The translations under genes were made by a program, and so were the position numbers. A DNA stretch of 64,000 nucleotides from Dehalococcoidia bacterium (GTDB taxonomy: Bacteria > Chloroflexota > Dehalococcoidia > Lucifugimonadales > UBA3495). Of this stretch, positions 45,242-54,773 are shown piece after piece. Every line of letters begins with the position of its first letter. The stretch's first letter is position 1. The stretch covers positions 1,139,343 to 1,203,342 of the forward strand of contig OY730415.1 in NCBI GenBank assembly GCA_963422635.1, read 5' to 3'. The notes beneath the pieces were generated by a model that was not told the DNA's origin, made no database searches, and saw nothing but the letters and a program-made list of their open reading frames with translations.

Positions 45242-46381
45242 ATGAATACTGGCGAGGATTTGGAACGGGTTAAGTTTTGGGTGGCGCTTAGTCGGGTTCG
45301 CAACTTGGGGGCGGCCCGCTTTAGAAAGCTGGAAGCATTTTTCGGCGATCTGGGAAATGCGTGGGGCGCCGGGGTGGGGGATTTGCGCGCCGCCGGTCTG
45401 GATGCCCGCGCCGCCGCCGCGGTGGTGGAGGCGCGCCGGGGAACTTCTCCCGATGCTGAGTTGGCCCGGCTGGAACGGGCCGGCGTCCGCGCTCTTACTT
45501 GGCACGACCCGGAATATCCGCCCCGGCTCAAGCAGATTGAGGGGCTGCCCCCGGTGCTTTACGTTAAGGGTAGCTTGGTTCCTGAAGACGAGCGGGCGGT
45601 GGCGGTGGTAGGTACTCGCAGTCCCACCGGCTATGGACGGGAGGCGGCGTCGGTCTTGGCTGGCGATTTGGCTCGCAGTGGCATTACTATCGTTAGCGGG
45701 CTGGCCCTGGGCGTCGACGGCATCGCCCACCGAGCGGCCCTGGCGCAGGGCGGGCGCACCGTCGCCGTGGTAGCCAGCGGTTTGGATATTGTTTATCCTA
45801 AAGACCATATCGGGTTGTCGCGCCGGATTGAGGAGCAGGGGGCAGTGGTTAGCGAGTATTCCCTGGGGGCCCGCCCCGACTCCCGCAATTTTCCCCGGCG
45901 CAACCGCTTGATAAGCGGGATGAGCTTGGGTACGCTGGTAGTTGAGGCGGGCGAGCGCAGCGGCGCCGGCTGGACGGTGCAGCATGCGTTGGAGCAGAAC
46001 CGGGAAGTATTCTGCGTACCGGGCAGCATTTTTTCTCCAGCCAGCCGCTTGACTAACCGGCTGCTCCAAGAAGGAGCCAAGCTGGCTTCTAGCCATACCG
46101 ATATTTTGGAGGAACTGAACCTGAGCGTGGTAGCGCAACAGATTGAAATGCGGCTGACGGAGGGCTTGCCGCCCAGTCCGGCTGCCGACAGCGAGGCAGA
46201 GTTGCTCCGCTGTCTTGACTATGAACCGATGCACATTGACGATATTCGAAGAGAGGCCCGCCGGCCCGCCGCCTTGGTAAGCGGCTTGTTAACTATGCTG
46301 GAGCTTAAGGGTTTGGTAAAGCAGGTGGGCGGGATGCACTATGTTCGGATAGGGGAGGCGACCTCAACCTATGGCAGGTAA
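45242..46381 (+). CDS. dprA: DNA-processing protein A
   Basis: AVVGTRSPTGYG...SGLALGVDGIAHRAAL...VAVVASGLDIVYP. Confidence 0.93.
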   Translation: MNTGEDLERVKFWVALSRVRNLGAARFRKLEAFFGDLGNAWGAGVGDLRAAGLDARAAAAVVEARRGTSPDAELARLERAGVRALTWHDPEYPPRLKQIEGLPPVLYVKGSLVPEDERAVAVVGTRSPTGYGREAASVLAGDLARSGITIVSGLALGVDGIAHRAALAQGGRTVAVVASGLDIVYPKDHIGLSRRIEEQGAVVSEYSLGARPDSRNFPRRNRLISGMSLGTLVVEAGERSGAGWTVQHALEQNREVFCVPGSIFSPASRLTNRLLQEGAKLASSHTDILEELNLSVVAQQIEMRLTEGLPPSPAADSEAELLRCLDYEPMHIDDIRREARRPAALVSGLLTMLELKGLVKQVGGMHYVRIGEATSTYGR

Positions 46382-49070
46382 GGGAACAACCACGGCAGCG
46401 GCCCAGGCGTTAGCCGGGGACGCCGGGGCGGACGGCAAGGAGGGGCCGGATAACCGGACGGCCCGCCCGGTCAGGACGAAGGCGACGGGCAAGGCGACCG
46501 CGAAGGCGACGGGCAAGGCGACCGCGAAGGCGACGGGCAAGGCGGCTACGAAGGCGACGGGCAAGGCGACCGCGAAGGCGACGGGCAAGGCGGCTACGAA
46601 GGCGACGGGCAAGGCGGCTACGAAGGCGACGGGCAAGGCGGCCACTAAGGCGACGGGCAAGGCGACCACTAAGGCGACGGGCAAGGCGACCGCGAAGGCG
46701 GCGGGCAAGGCGACCGCGAAGGCGGCGGGCAAGCGCTTGGTAATCGTGGAGTCTCCGGCCAAAGCCCGTACCGTAGGCCAGATTCTGGGCAATCGGTATG
46801 TGGTTACCGCTTCCCAAGGCCACGTCCGGGACTTGCCCAAGGGCAAGATGGGGGTTGACTTGGAGCGCGACTTTGAGCCGTCCTATGTGACTATGCGGGA
46901 CAAGATGTCCTTGGTTAAGGAGATAAAAAGGGCGGGGGATGAGGCGGCGGATATCTACTTGGCGACGGACCCGGACCGGGAGGGCGAGGCGATATCCTGG
47001 CACTTGCAGACGGCGGCCGGTTGGGATAAGCAGACGGAGCCGCCCAAGCGGGTGGTTTTTCATGAAATCACTAAAGACGCGGTGGAAGAGGCTTTTCAGC
47101 ATCCCCGGGAAATTGATATGCGGCTGGTCAATGCCCAGCAGGCTCGCCGAATTTTGGATCGGCTGGTGGGCTACCAGATTAGCCCGCTGCTGGGCAAGCG
47201 GGTGCAGCGGGGCCTATCCGCTGGGCGGGTGCAGTCGGTAGCCCTGCGGCTGGTTACGGACCGGGAGCGGGAAATTCGGGCTTTTACGCCGGTGGAGTCC
47301 TGGACGCTGGATGCTCAACTGCATCGGGAAACCGACCCGACCGACCGGCTGGAACTGTTTTCCGCTACCCTTCACTCGGTCAAGGGCAGCCGCAACCGGT
47401 TGAACATCCCGGTCGAGGAGGAGGCCCGCCGGTATGAGGCGGAGTTGCAGGACGCCGCCTATGCGGTGGCTGACGTGCGGAAACGGGAGGTGCGGCAGCG
47501 GCCGGCCGCTCCGTTCACTACCAGCACGTTGCAGCAGGAGGCGGGCCGCAAGTTGCGCTTTACGGCCCAGCGAACCATGGCGGTGGCGCAGCAGCTATAT
47601 GAGGGGCTATCCGTGGGCAGCGAAGGCTCGGTGGGACTGATTACCTATATGCGCACCGACTCGGTCCAAGTGGCCCAGACCGCGGTGCAGGAGGCTCGGG
47701 AATATATCGGCGCCAAGTATGGTCAGGAGTATCTGCCGGACCAGCCGCGCGTCCATCGCACTCGAGCCAAAGCGGCGCAGGAAGCCCATGAAGCGATTCG
47801 GCCCACTGCGATAAGCCGGGATCCGGAGGCGCTGAAGGCGCACTTGACGGCCGACCAGCGCCGGCTATACCAGCTAATCTGGGCGCGGATGCTGGCGAGC
47901 CAGATGGCGGATGCTCGCTCCGACGCCACCACGGTAGATATTGACGCCATTTGCAAACAAGGCGACGTCGACGCGGCGTCCGACGCAACTCCCGCAACTC
48001 CCAGGGTCTATAACTTTCGGGCTACGGGCTCGGTACTGAAGTTTCCCGGCTTTCGCATGCTGTATCTGGAAAGTCGGGATGAGGGCGATGCGGAGGAGAA
48101 TCGCAAGTCCTTGCCAGAACTGGCTCCGGGGCAACGGCTGAACTGCCAGCAGTTGGCGGCGGCGCAGCATTTCACCCAGCCGCCGCCCCGATTCACCGAA
48201 GCTACGCTGGTTAAGGCGATGGAGGAGAAGGGGATTGGGCGTCCCAGCACCTATGCTCCTACCATCGGCGTGCTGCTGGCTCGCAACTATGTGGCCAAGG
48301 AGCAGACTAGCTTGCATCCTAGCGAACTGGGCTTCACCGTATCGGACCGGCTGACTGAGTTTTTTGCCGATTTGATGAACCCGGACTTTACTTCCCGGAT
48401 GGAAGAAAAGCTGGACGAGGTATCCCAGGGAGAACGGGAGTGGGTTCCGATGCTGCGGGAGTTTTATGTTCCCTTCGCCAAAGACCTGGAAACGGCTCAA
48501 GCTAATATGCCCAATGATAAACCGGCGGATGAGGCGACCGACGAAATCTGCGAAAACTGCGGTAGTCCGATGGTTATTAAGGCCGGGCGCTTTGGCCGTT
48601 TCGTCGCTTGCACTGGCTACCCCAAGTGCCGAACCACCCATCCGGTTAGGGTCGAGAGCGATGGGGAGGGCGCAGAGGGGAGGCTTTCCGCTGATCGGGA
48701 AACGGATGAGGTTTGCGACCAGTGCGGTCGGCCGATGGTCATCAAGACCGGGCGTTATGGGGAGTTTATTGCTTGTAGCGACTATCCCAAGTGCAAGAAC
48801 ACTCGTCCGATGAAAATCGGGGTGGCCTGTCCCCGGTGCGGGGGCGATTTGGTGGAACGCGGGAGCCGGCGCGGCGTCTTTTACGGCTGCTCCCAATATC
48901 CTGACTGCAAGTTCACGATCAACCGGCGGCCGCTGCCCGACCCCTGCCCGGAGTGTGACGGCCTGATGGCGCAGGACAGTCGGGTTGGCCCGGAGGGTGT
49001 GGCTTGCACCGTCTGCGCTTGGAAAAGCGCGGCTGCGGAAAAGCAGGAATTGGCGACAGTTGGGGGCTGA
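46371..49070 (+). CDS. topA: DNA topoisomerase I with an N-terminal (K-A-T/A-G)n repeat extension
   Basis: Toprim LVIVESPAKARTVGQILG begins at residue ~123. The core domains are followed by four C-terminal CxxC...CxxC zinc ribbons. An alternative internal TTG start lies at about 46737. Confidence 0.93.
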   Translation: MAGKGTTTAAAQALAGDAGADGKEGPDNRTARPVRTKATGKATAKATGKATAKATGKAATKATGKATAKATGKAATKATGKAATKATGKAATKATGKATTKATGKATAKAAGKATAKAAGKRLVIVESPAKARTVGQILGNRYVVTASQGHVRDLPKGKMGVDLERDFEPSYVTMRDKMSLVKEIKRAGDEAADIYLATDPDREGEAISWHLQTAAGWDKQTEPPKRVVFHEITKDAVEEAFQHPREIDMRLVNAQQARRILDRLVGYQISPLLGKRVQRGLSAGRVQSVALRLVTDREREIRAFTPVESWTLDAQLHRETDPTDRLELFSATLHSVKGSRNRLNIPVEEEARRYEAELQDAAYAVADVRKREVRQRPAAPFTTSTLQQEAGRKLRFTAQRTMAVAQQLYEGLSVGSEGSVGLITYMRTDSVQVAQTAVQEAREYIGAKYGQEYLPDQPRVHRTRAKAAQEAHEAIRPTAISRDPEALKAHLTADQRRLYQLIWARMLASQMADARSDATTVDIDAICKQGDVDAASDATPATPRVYNFRATGSVLKFPGFRMLYLESRDEGDAEENRKSLPELAPGQRLNCQQLAAAQHFTQPPPRFTEATLVKAMEEKGIGRPSTYAPTIGVLLARNYVAKEQTSLHPSELGFTVSDRLTEFFADLMNPDFTSRMEEKLDEVSQGEREWVPMLREFYVPFAKDLETAQANMPNDKPADEATDEICENCGSPMVIKAGRFGRFVACTGYPKCRTTHPVRVESDGEGAEGRLSADRETDEVCDQCGRPMVIKTGRYGEFIACSDYPKCKNTRPMKIGVACPRCGGDLVERGSRRGVFYGCSQYPDCKFTINRRPLPDPCPECDGLMAQDSRVGPEGVACTVCAWKSAAAEKQELATVGG
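46479..46733 (+). repeat. 12/24-nt coding tandem repeat (~21 x AAGGCGACGGGC-like units)
   Basis: Encodes KATGKATAKATGKAATKATG... in the topA frame. The third codon positions are G/C, consistent with coding. Confidence 0.9.
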
Positions 49071-49394
49071 AGCCCGGTAATTTCGCCCCGAAATAGGCTG
49101 ATCGGGTGTCGTCAAGATAGCTGGGGCCAAAGTCCGGGGCTTTTAATTCCCCCTTCCTCCGCCGCTCTCCCGGTGAAGAGAGGGAGGGCTTTGGGTCGCA
49201 GCGATGGCAGAGAAGGCGGTGAGGTCTCTCTCTCGCTGGGGGACATTACCTTATCAGGCCAAATCAGGCCGACAAGGTACCTTATCAGCAATAGATTCCG
49301 GAAGGGATTTCGACAAAGGCGGTGAGCGTCCGGCAAGGCAATTCCGCCGGTCAAGGGGTATGCTGAACCTATCTTCTACAGCGGGAGGTTCAGC

Positions 49395-50405
49395 GTGTCC
49401 ACCGACGTTTCTGAGGAAATGGCCCCCATGCTGGAGAGGTACGAGATTTACCTACGGGGACAGCGGGGCTTGTCGGACAATACCGTTCGGGTCTATCGGG
49501 CCGACCTGGACTCCTTTCTCCGTTACTTGGCCCAGAGCGGTCATTCTCTCGATGATATGAACCGGCGGCTGGCGCGGAGCTATCTGGCTTGGCTGGCGAC
49601 CGAGGCGCGGGAAACGACGCACCCCTATTCGGGACGTAAGCAGAAGGAGGGGTACGCCCGGGTCAGCATCGTCCGCAAGCTGACCGCCCTGCGCTCCTTT
49701 TACCAGTTCCTGGTGCAGCAGGGGAGGTTTAAGCATAGCCCGGCGCCTTCGGGCCGCAGCCTGCAGGTCAAGGTGGAAAAGCCTTTGCCTTCCTTTATTG
49801 GCAAGCAGGAAGCGGCGCGTCTGCTGGAAACCCCGGCTGAGGATGAGGGCTATGGCCGGCGCGACCGGGCTATTCTGGAAGTCCTCTACTCTTGCGGCGT
49901 CCGCCTGGCTGAAATTGCTGGCATGGACTTGCCCGACGTTAACTTTGCGCAGCGGCAGATACTGGTGGAAGGCAAGGGTTCCAAGGAGCGCTGGGTTTTG
50001 TTCGGCAAGCCGACCGAAGAGGCTTTGCGAAGTTATCTCAAGGAAATGCGGCCGCAGATTTTGGCCGATGCCCCGCCGGGCAAACCGGTTGCCGCTGAGG
50101 CGCTGTTTCTCAACCGCTATGGGCAGCGGCTGTCTCGCCGCAGTATCGAAAAGCTGGTGCGCCGGTATGCGACTCAAGCCGGGTTGCGGGACGGTATTCA
50201 CCCCCATACCCTGCGCCACACCTTCGCTAGCCACATGTTGGAAGGCGAGGCCGACTTGCGGGTAATTCAGGAACTGCTGGGCCATTCCAGCCCCACTACC
50301 ACCCAAATATACACTCACATAACCAAGCAGGAAGCTAAAGCTGCCTACCTGAACTTTCACCCCCGGGCCGGGGATGGGTCGGGGGATGGGCAGCCGACCG
50401 GCTAG
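49395..50405 (+). CDS. xerC: Tyrosine recombinase XerC/XerD
   Basis: Core-binding N-domain, then HTLRHTFASHML...LLGHSSPTTTQIYTH. Confidence 0.9.
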   Translation: MSTDVSEEMAPMLERYEIYLRGQRGLSDNTVRVYRADLDSFLRYLAQSGHSLDDMNRRLARSYLAWLATEARETTHPYSGRKQKEGYARVSIVRKLTALRSFYQFLVQQGRFKHSPAPSGRSLQVKVEKPLPSFIGKQEAARLLETPAEDEGYGRRDRAILEVLYSCGVRLAEIAGMDLPDVNFAQRQILVEGKGSKERWVLFGKPTEEALRSYLKEMRPQILADAPPGKPVAAEALFLNRYGQRLSRRSIEKLVRRYATQAGLRDGIHPHTLRHTFASHMLEGEADLRVIQELLGHSSPTTTQIYTHITKQEAKAAYLNFHPRAGDGSGDGQPTG

Positions 50406-50585
50406 AGGCCGCCGCGCCATTGGTCCCTTTCTACCCGACCTACCCGACCAGACCTACCCGACGGCGCCGCCAGGGGATGGGGTGGCCGGGGATGAGAGGT
50501 TTGAGCGCATCGTTCCGGGAATGTCCCGGTAAAAGGTTGTTGGTATATACTGAACGGGCAATTCCCGGTCGAAGCGGGGCGCAAG

Positions 50586-51017
50586 ATGACGCAAAAGTCC
50601 ACCCGGTACATTGAGGGAAGCCAGACCTTGCTGCAGCAAGCGCAGGCTGAATTGGAACGGGGCGACTTGCGTCAAGCTTCGGAAAAGGCGTGGGGCGCCG
50701 CCGCCCAAGCGGTCAAGGCCGTTGGGGAGGAACGGGGTTGGAACCATAGCGGCCATGCCATGCTCTTTGACATAGTGGCGCAAGTTAATGATGAACGACG
50801 CCGGAGGCGAATAAGTCGGTTGTTTATCGCCGCCAACCAGCTGCACATCAATTTTTACGAGGATTTGATGGAAGAAGAAGACGTGCGGTACGGTATCGAC
50901 ACCGTACAAGCATTGCTGCGATGGTTGGAGGAGGCGCGCTGGATACCCGCTCCTGATTTCGTCCCGCAAACCGACCGACAACGGGCGCGGCTGGCCCGGC
51001 TTACCGCCGGTCGGTGA
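50586..51017 (+). CDS. PaREP1-like / HEPN-superfamily helical protein
   Basis: AQAELERGDLRQASEKAWGAAAQAVKAVG parallels ALEELERGNLRNSAEKAWGATKRATDALI of 15465-15854. Confidence 0.55.
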   Translation: MTQKSTRYIEGSQTLLQQAQAELERGDLRQASEKAWGAAAQAVKAVGEERGWNHSGHAMLFDIVAQVNDERRRRRISRLFIAANQLHINFYEDLMEEEDVRYGIDTVQALLRWLEEARWIPAPDFVPQTDRQRARLARLTAGR

Positions 51018-51020
51018 ACG

Positions 51021-51068
51021 CCAAGAACTATGCCAGGAACTGAGCCAGGAACTGAGCCAAGAACTGAA
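51021..51068. repeat. Intergenic 12-bp tandem repeat x4
   Basis: CCAAGAACTATG, CCAGGAACTGAG, CCAGGAACTGAG, CCAAGAACTGAA, directly upstream of the aroQ RBS. Confidence 0.9.
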
Positions 51069-51083
51069 GGAGCTTAATCGCCG

Positions 51084-51536
51084 ATGACCCGCCTACTGGT
51101 TATCAACGGGCCGAACCTCAACATTTTGGGCCGGCGCAACCCCGGCATTTATGGGGTGAAGACGCTGGAAGAAGTGAATGCCGCCATCTTGGCAAAGGCG
51201 CTGGCGCTGGGGGTGGAGGTTAGCTTTTATCAGTCCAACCTGGAGGGGGAAATCATCGACTGCATTCAGGAAAGTTGGGGACGGATTGACGGCATCGTCA
51301 TCAACCCCGGCGCCCTGACTCACTATGGGTATTCGCTGAAGGACGCCCTGATTGACGCTGCTGTGCCGGTCGTGGAGGTGCATCTGGGCAACATTCACGC
51401 CCGGGAGGAGTGGCGCCGCCGGTCGGTCATCGCTGACATCGCCCGGGGGCAGATTGCCGGATTTGGCTGGAGAAGCTATACTGCGGCGGTGGAAATCATC
51501 GCTGAATTAATCGAAGAGGAGAGCAACTTACTATGA
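51084..51536 (+). CDS. aroQ: Type II 3-dehydroquinate dehydratase
   Basis: LLVINGPNLNILGRRNPGIYG and the HLGNIHARE motif. Confidence 0.95.
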   Translation: MTRLLVINGPNLNILGRRNPGIYGVKTLEEVNAAILAKALALGVEVSFYQSNLEGEIIDCIQESWGRIDGIVINPGALTHYGYSLKDALIDAAVPVVEVHLGNIHAREEWRRRSVIADIARGQIAGFGWRSYTAAVEIIAELIEEESNLL

Positions 51537-52600
51537 AAGAACGCGCAGCCCGGTTGGCGGCCCAATTGCCGGAGCGGGACTTGGATGCCATGCTCATTTC
51601 GGCCCCGGAAAACCGCCGTTACTTTTCCGGCTTCACCGGCTCGGCCGGCTACCTGCTGATTACCGCGGAGCGGTCGGCGCTGTTCACCGATTCCCGCTAT
51701 ACGGAGCAGGCGGCCAACCAGTCTCCCCATTTCGAGGTGGTGCAGATGCGGGCTGGTTGGGACTGGCTGCTGGATATGTTGAAGGAAACTGGGGTCCGGC
51801 GCATTGGCTTTGAGAGCGAAAATATCACCGTGGCTTCTTATAACCGGGCGCTGGACGCGCTGAAAGGGGATGAGGCTTTGAGTAAAGCGTCCCTGATACC
51901 GGCGGCCGGCATTGCTGAGGAACTGCGGATTCTCAAGGACGCCGAAGAATTGGCCCAACTGCAAAAGGCTATTGACGCTTCGGACGCTGCGATGGAAGCG
52001 GTTTGCCCTACCATCGCGGCGGGGATGACGGAGAAGGAGGTGGCCTGGAAAATGGAGGTGGCGATGCGGGAGTTCGGGGCCGACTGCATCAGTTTTGACA
52101 CCATTGTGGCGGCCGGGCATAACGGCGCGATGGCGCACCATCATCCGGGGGATAAGGTGATCGAGGCTGGGGAGCCGATTGTGATTGATATGGGGGCGCA
52201 GGTGGGCGGCTATTGCAGCGATATTACGCGCACGGTGACGGTGGGCGAGCCGGACGAGATGTTTCACCGGATTTACAGCATTGTGCTGGGGGCCCAGCTT
52301 ACCGCGATCAACACCGTGCGCCCCGGCTTGACCGGGGAGGAGTGCGATGCTCTGTCCCGGGACTTGATTGCCGAGGCGGGTTACGGCGATAATTTCGGCC
52401 ATAGTTTGGGGCATGGCGTTGGCTTGGCGGTGCACGAAAAGCCTTGGGTCGGTTCCCGTTCCAAGGATGCCTTGCAGGCTGGCATGGTCTTCACGGTGGA
52501 ACCGGGCATTTACCTCAGCGGCTGGGGCGGCGTGCGCATTGAGGACATTGTTATCTTGGGCGAGGAGGGGGCCACGCCGTTGAGTCAGGCGGGGAAGTAA
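51533..52600 (+). CDS. pepP: Xaa-Pro aminopeptidase (M24B)
   Basis: DMGAQVGGYCSDITRT, HSLGHGVGLAVHE and EPGIY form the metal-ligand set. Confidence 0.9.
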   Translation: MKERAARLAAQLPERDLDAMLISAPENRRYFSGFTGSAGYLLITAERSALFTDSRYTEQAANQSPHFEVVQMRAGWDWLLDMLKETGVRRIGFESENITVASYNRALDALKGDEALSKASLIPAAGIAEELRILKDAEELAQLQKAIDASDAAMEAVCPTIAAGMTEKEVAWKMEVAMREFGADCISFDTIVAAGHNGAMAHHHPGDKVIEAGEPIVIDMGAQVGGYCSDITRTVTVGEPDEMFHRIYSIVLGAQLTAINTVRPGLTGEECDALSRDLIAEAGYGDNFGHSLGHGVGLAVHEKPWVGSRSKDALQAGMVFTVEPGIYLSGWGGVRIEDIVILGEEGATPLSQAGK

Positions 52601-52708
52601 TCCCCAATCTCCAGGTGTTCGCGTTGGCATAGCCAATGTTAAATGGGACAATTCGCCCAAAATGGGAAGTGGGTAGGGTGGAACTGAGAATACGGGCCGG
52701 ATACGTTT

Positions 52709-53761
52709 ATGGCTGATCAAACCCAAGCTCCCTTAACTTTCGCTGATCTGTTCTGTGGCATCGGCGGCTTTCACTTGGCCGCCGACGCTCTAGGTATGAC
52801 CTGCCGTTTCGCCTGCGACATAGATAGCGAAGCCAGGCGAGCTTACAGCGCTAATTTCGGAGTTGAACCTGCTGGCGACATCACTGCTATTTCCCCGGAA
52901 GACATCCCCAATCATGACATCCTCTTTGCCGGCTTTCCTTGCCAGCCCTTTAGCATAATCGGGGTAATGCGAGGATTTGACGACACTAGAGGGGCTCTGT
53001 TTTTCAATTTAGCCAAGATTATTGAGGCTAAGCGACCCCAAGCCTTTTTGCTGGAAAATGTCCGCCAACTCTCAACGCACCACCAGGGCAAAACCTTAAA
53101 GAAAATTATCAGCGCGCTGACGGATCTGGGCTATCGCGTCGACTGGAAACTGCTGAACGCCCTGAACTTTGGATTGCCGCAAAAGCGTGAGCGTACTCTT
53201 ATCGTTGGTTTTCAGGACCATTCAGCGCCTTTTAATTGGCCGGAACCGATCGGTCAACCGGCGCCATTAGCGGACGTTCTTGAGCAGGATGTTCCCTGGC
53301 GTTATTTCGCCAGTAACAACATACGCCTTAAGCGTCTGGAGAAACACCAAAGTGAGCTTGAACTGTCGATTTGGCACGAGAACAAAGGAGGGAACGTAGC
53401 CAGTCATCCTTTTTCTTGCGCCTTGCGCGCCGGGGCGTCATACAACTATCTGCTGGTAAATGGAGAAAGAAGATTGACGCCGCGGGAAATGCTGCGGTTG
53501 CAAGGATTTCCCGAATGGTTTTCCTTGACCGGCTCGTACCAACAAATCAGAAAACAAACCGGGAATGCAGTCCCCGTACCGGTAGTTCGGGCGGTTTTGG
53601 AGCAGATGGTTTATGGGTTATCAAAGGCCGAGATTGCGCGGCGGATGGAACAGCCCTACTCCGTACCCGCTGGGACAGATACCGGATTCGGTTGTTCGGT
53701 CAATCGCCAGCAGTATCGTATACTTGAGCGCAGTGGGGAGGATCGATTTATCCGGAGATGA
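52709..53761 (+). CDS. dcm: DNA (cytosine-5)-methyltransferase
   Basis: Motif I FCGIGGF, motif IV FPCQPFS, motif VI ENV and motif X GNAVPVP. Confidence 0.95.
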   Translation: MADQTQAPLTFADLFCGIGGFHLAADALGMTCRFACDIDSEARRAYSANFGVEPAGDITAISPEDIPNHDILFAGFPCQPFSIIGVMRGFDDTRGALFFNLAKIIEAKRPQAFLLENVRQLSTHHQGKTLKKIISALTDLGYRVDWKLLNALNFGLPQKRERTLIVGFQDHSAPFNWPEPIGQPAPLADVLEQDVPWRYFASNNIRLKRLEKHQSELELSIWHENKGGNVASHPFSCALRAGASYNYLLVNGERRLTPREMLRLQGFPEWFSLTGSYQQIRKQTGNAVPVPVVRAVLEQMVYGLSKAEIARRMEQPYSVPAGTDTGFGCSVNRQQYRILERSGEDRFIRR

Positions 53762-54341
53762 TTGGGGTGATATTTTTGCGGCGGCGGTTAACGGGAACCA
53801 CCTTCAGAGTCCTTTGGGAATAGCTGATATTGCTCTAGGAACAACCGCTTGGTCAGCAAAAACTGTAAAATCAAAATATGCTGACGCTCTCCGCGTACGC
53901 CTAATCTCGGGCCGCAATAGTCCGATTTTCTCTTCAGGAAACCCGGACTTTTTTGCTGACATTCAGGAGACTGGTCGGCAGGTTTTGCAAATCTGGAATG
54001 CCAGGGTTGAGGAAGCTATTCAGCAGTATCCCCACTTACGGAATATAGTTTTGCTTCGGGATATGGAAAGGTTTCGGTTCAAGTTATTTGAGCAGCAGAC
54101 GGTGCAATTCGACCCAGCTGATTACACGTGGCGGCTTAATGGGCGCAAAAATTTTGAAGGCCTAAGTGTTCAAGGCAACGTGCATTCTTTCACCTGGCAA
54201 CCGCATGGATCCCAATTTACAATAATCAGGCGAGTAGGCGGGTCGGCACGTTCGTTTAGGGTCGATAAACCGAGTGGACTTGACCCGGATCAAGTGCTTG
54301 CTAATCTTGGATACAGCGATAGTTGGGTAACCTTCTGGTGA
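53724..54341 (+). CDS. Putative type II restriction endonuclease (partner of the m5C methyltransferase)
   Basis: ORF 53613-54341 overlaps the end of dcm. The likely start is TTG 53724 or GTG 53733. GIADIALGTTAWSAKTVKS could be a PD...(D/E/S)xK-like core. Composition looks low-GC. The assignment rests mainly on position. Confidence 0.5.
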   Translation: MSAVGRIDLSGDDWGDIFAAAVNGNHLQSPLGIADIALGTTAWSAKTVKSKYADALRVRLISGRNSPIFSSGNPDFFADIQETGRQVLQIWNARVEEAIQQYPHLRNIVLLRDMERFRFKLFEQQTVQFDPADYTWRLNGRKNFEGLSVQGNVHSFTWQPHGSQFTIIRRVGGSARSFRVDKPSGLDPDQVLANLGYSDSWVTFW

Positions 54342-54686
54342 AGGAGGAAGGTTGCGGTCGATACGGTTGCCCCGGATGTCCGAAGCCGTATAATGGCTCA
54401 AGTAAGATGCAAGGGCCTGAGGCCGGAGATGTAAATACGTCGCCGTCTCCACAGCTGGGGGTACAGATACCGATTACATCGGGAGGGCTGGCGCGGAAAA
54501 CCAGACTTAGTGTTTCCGAGCCGCAGGAGGGTGGTATTCGTCAACGGTTGTTTCCGGCGCAATCATTTCGGGTGCAAACAGGTACGCATCCCCAGTAGTA
54601 ATCGTGATTACTGGATAGCCAAACTGGAGCGCAATTGCGAGCGGATAAGCGAAACATTGAGTGGCTGGAGAGTAATGGCGGTATAG
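54342..54686 (+). pseudogene. vsr: Very-short-patch-repair endonuclease remnant
   Basis: My translation: ...APDVRSRIMAQVRCKGLRPEM*IRRRLHSWGYRYRLHREGWRGKPDLVFPSRRRVVFVNGCFRRNHFGCKQVRIPSSNRDYWIAKLERNCERISETLSGWRVMAV*. It is collinear with Vsr but has an in-frame TAA (54432-54434), no proper start codon, and FWHGH changed to FRRNH. Confidence 0.7.
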
Positions 54687-54773
54687 GAAGGTCAACGGAA
54701 GGATATATCGGCAACCAGCGAACTTTTAATCGATTTTCTTAAAAATGAGAATACAGCCCTTGCTGGAGCAAAA

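Noticed and set aside
46479-46733. Highly regular short repeat array that at first glance could be a CRISPR or minisatellite locus.
   Set aside because: The units are 12 nt with no unique spacers. The array is in frame with, and contiguous to, the topA coding sequence. No cas genes are present.
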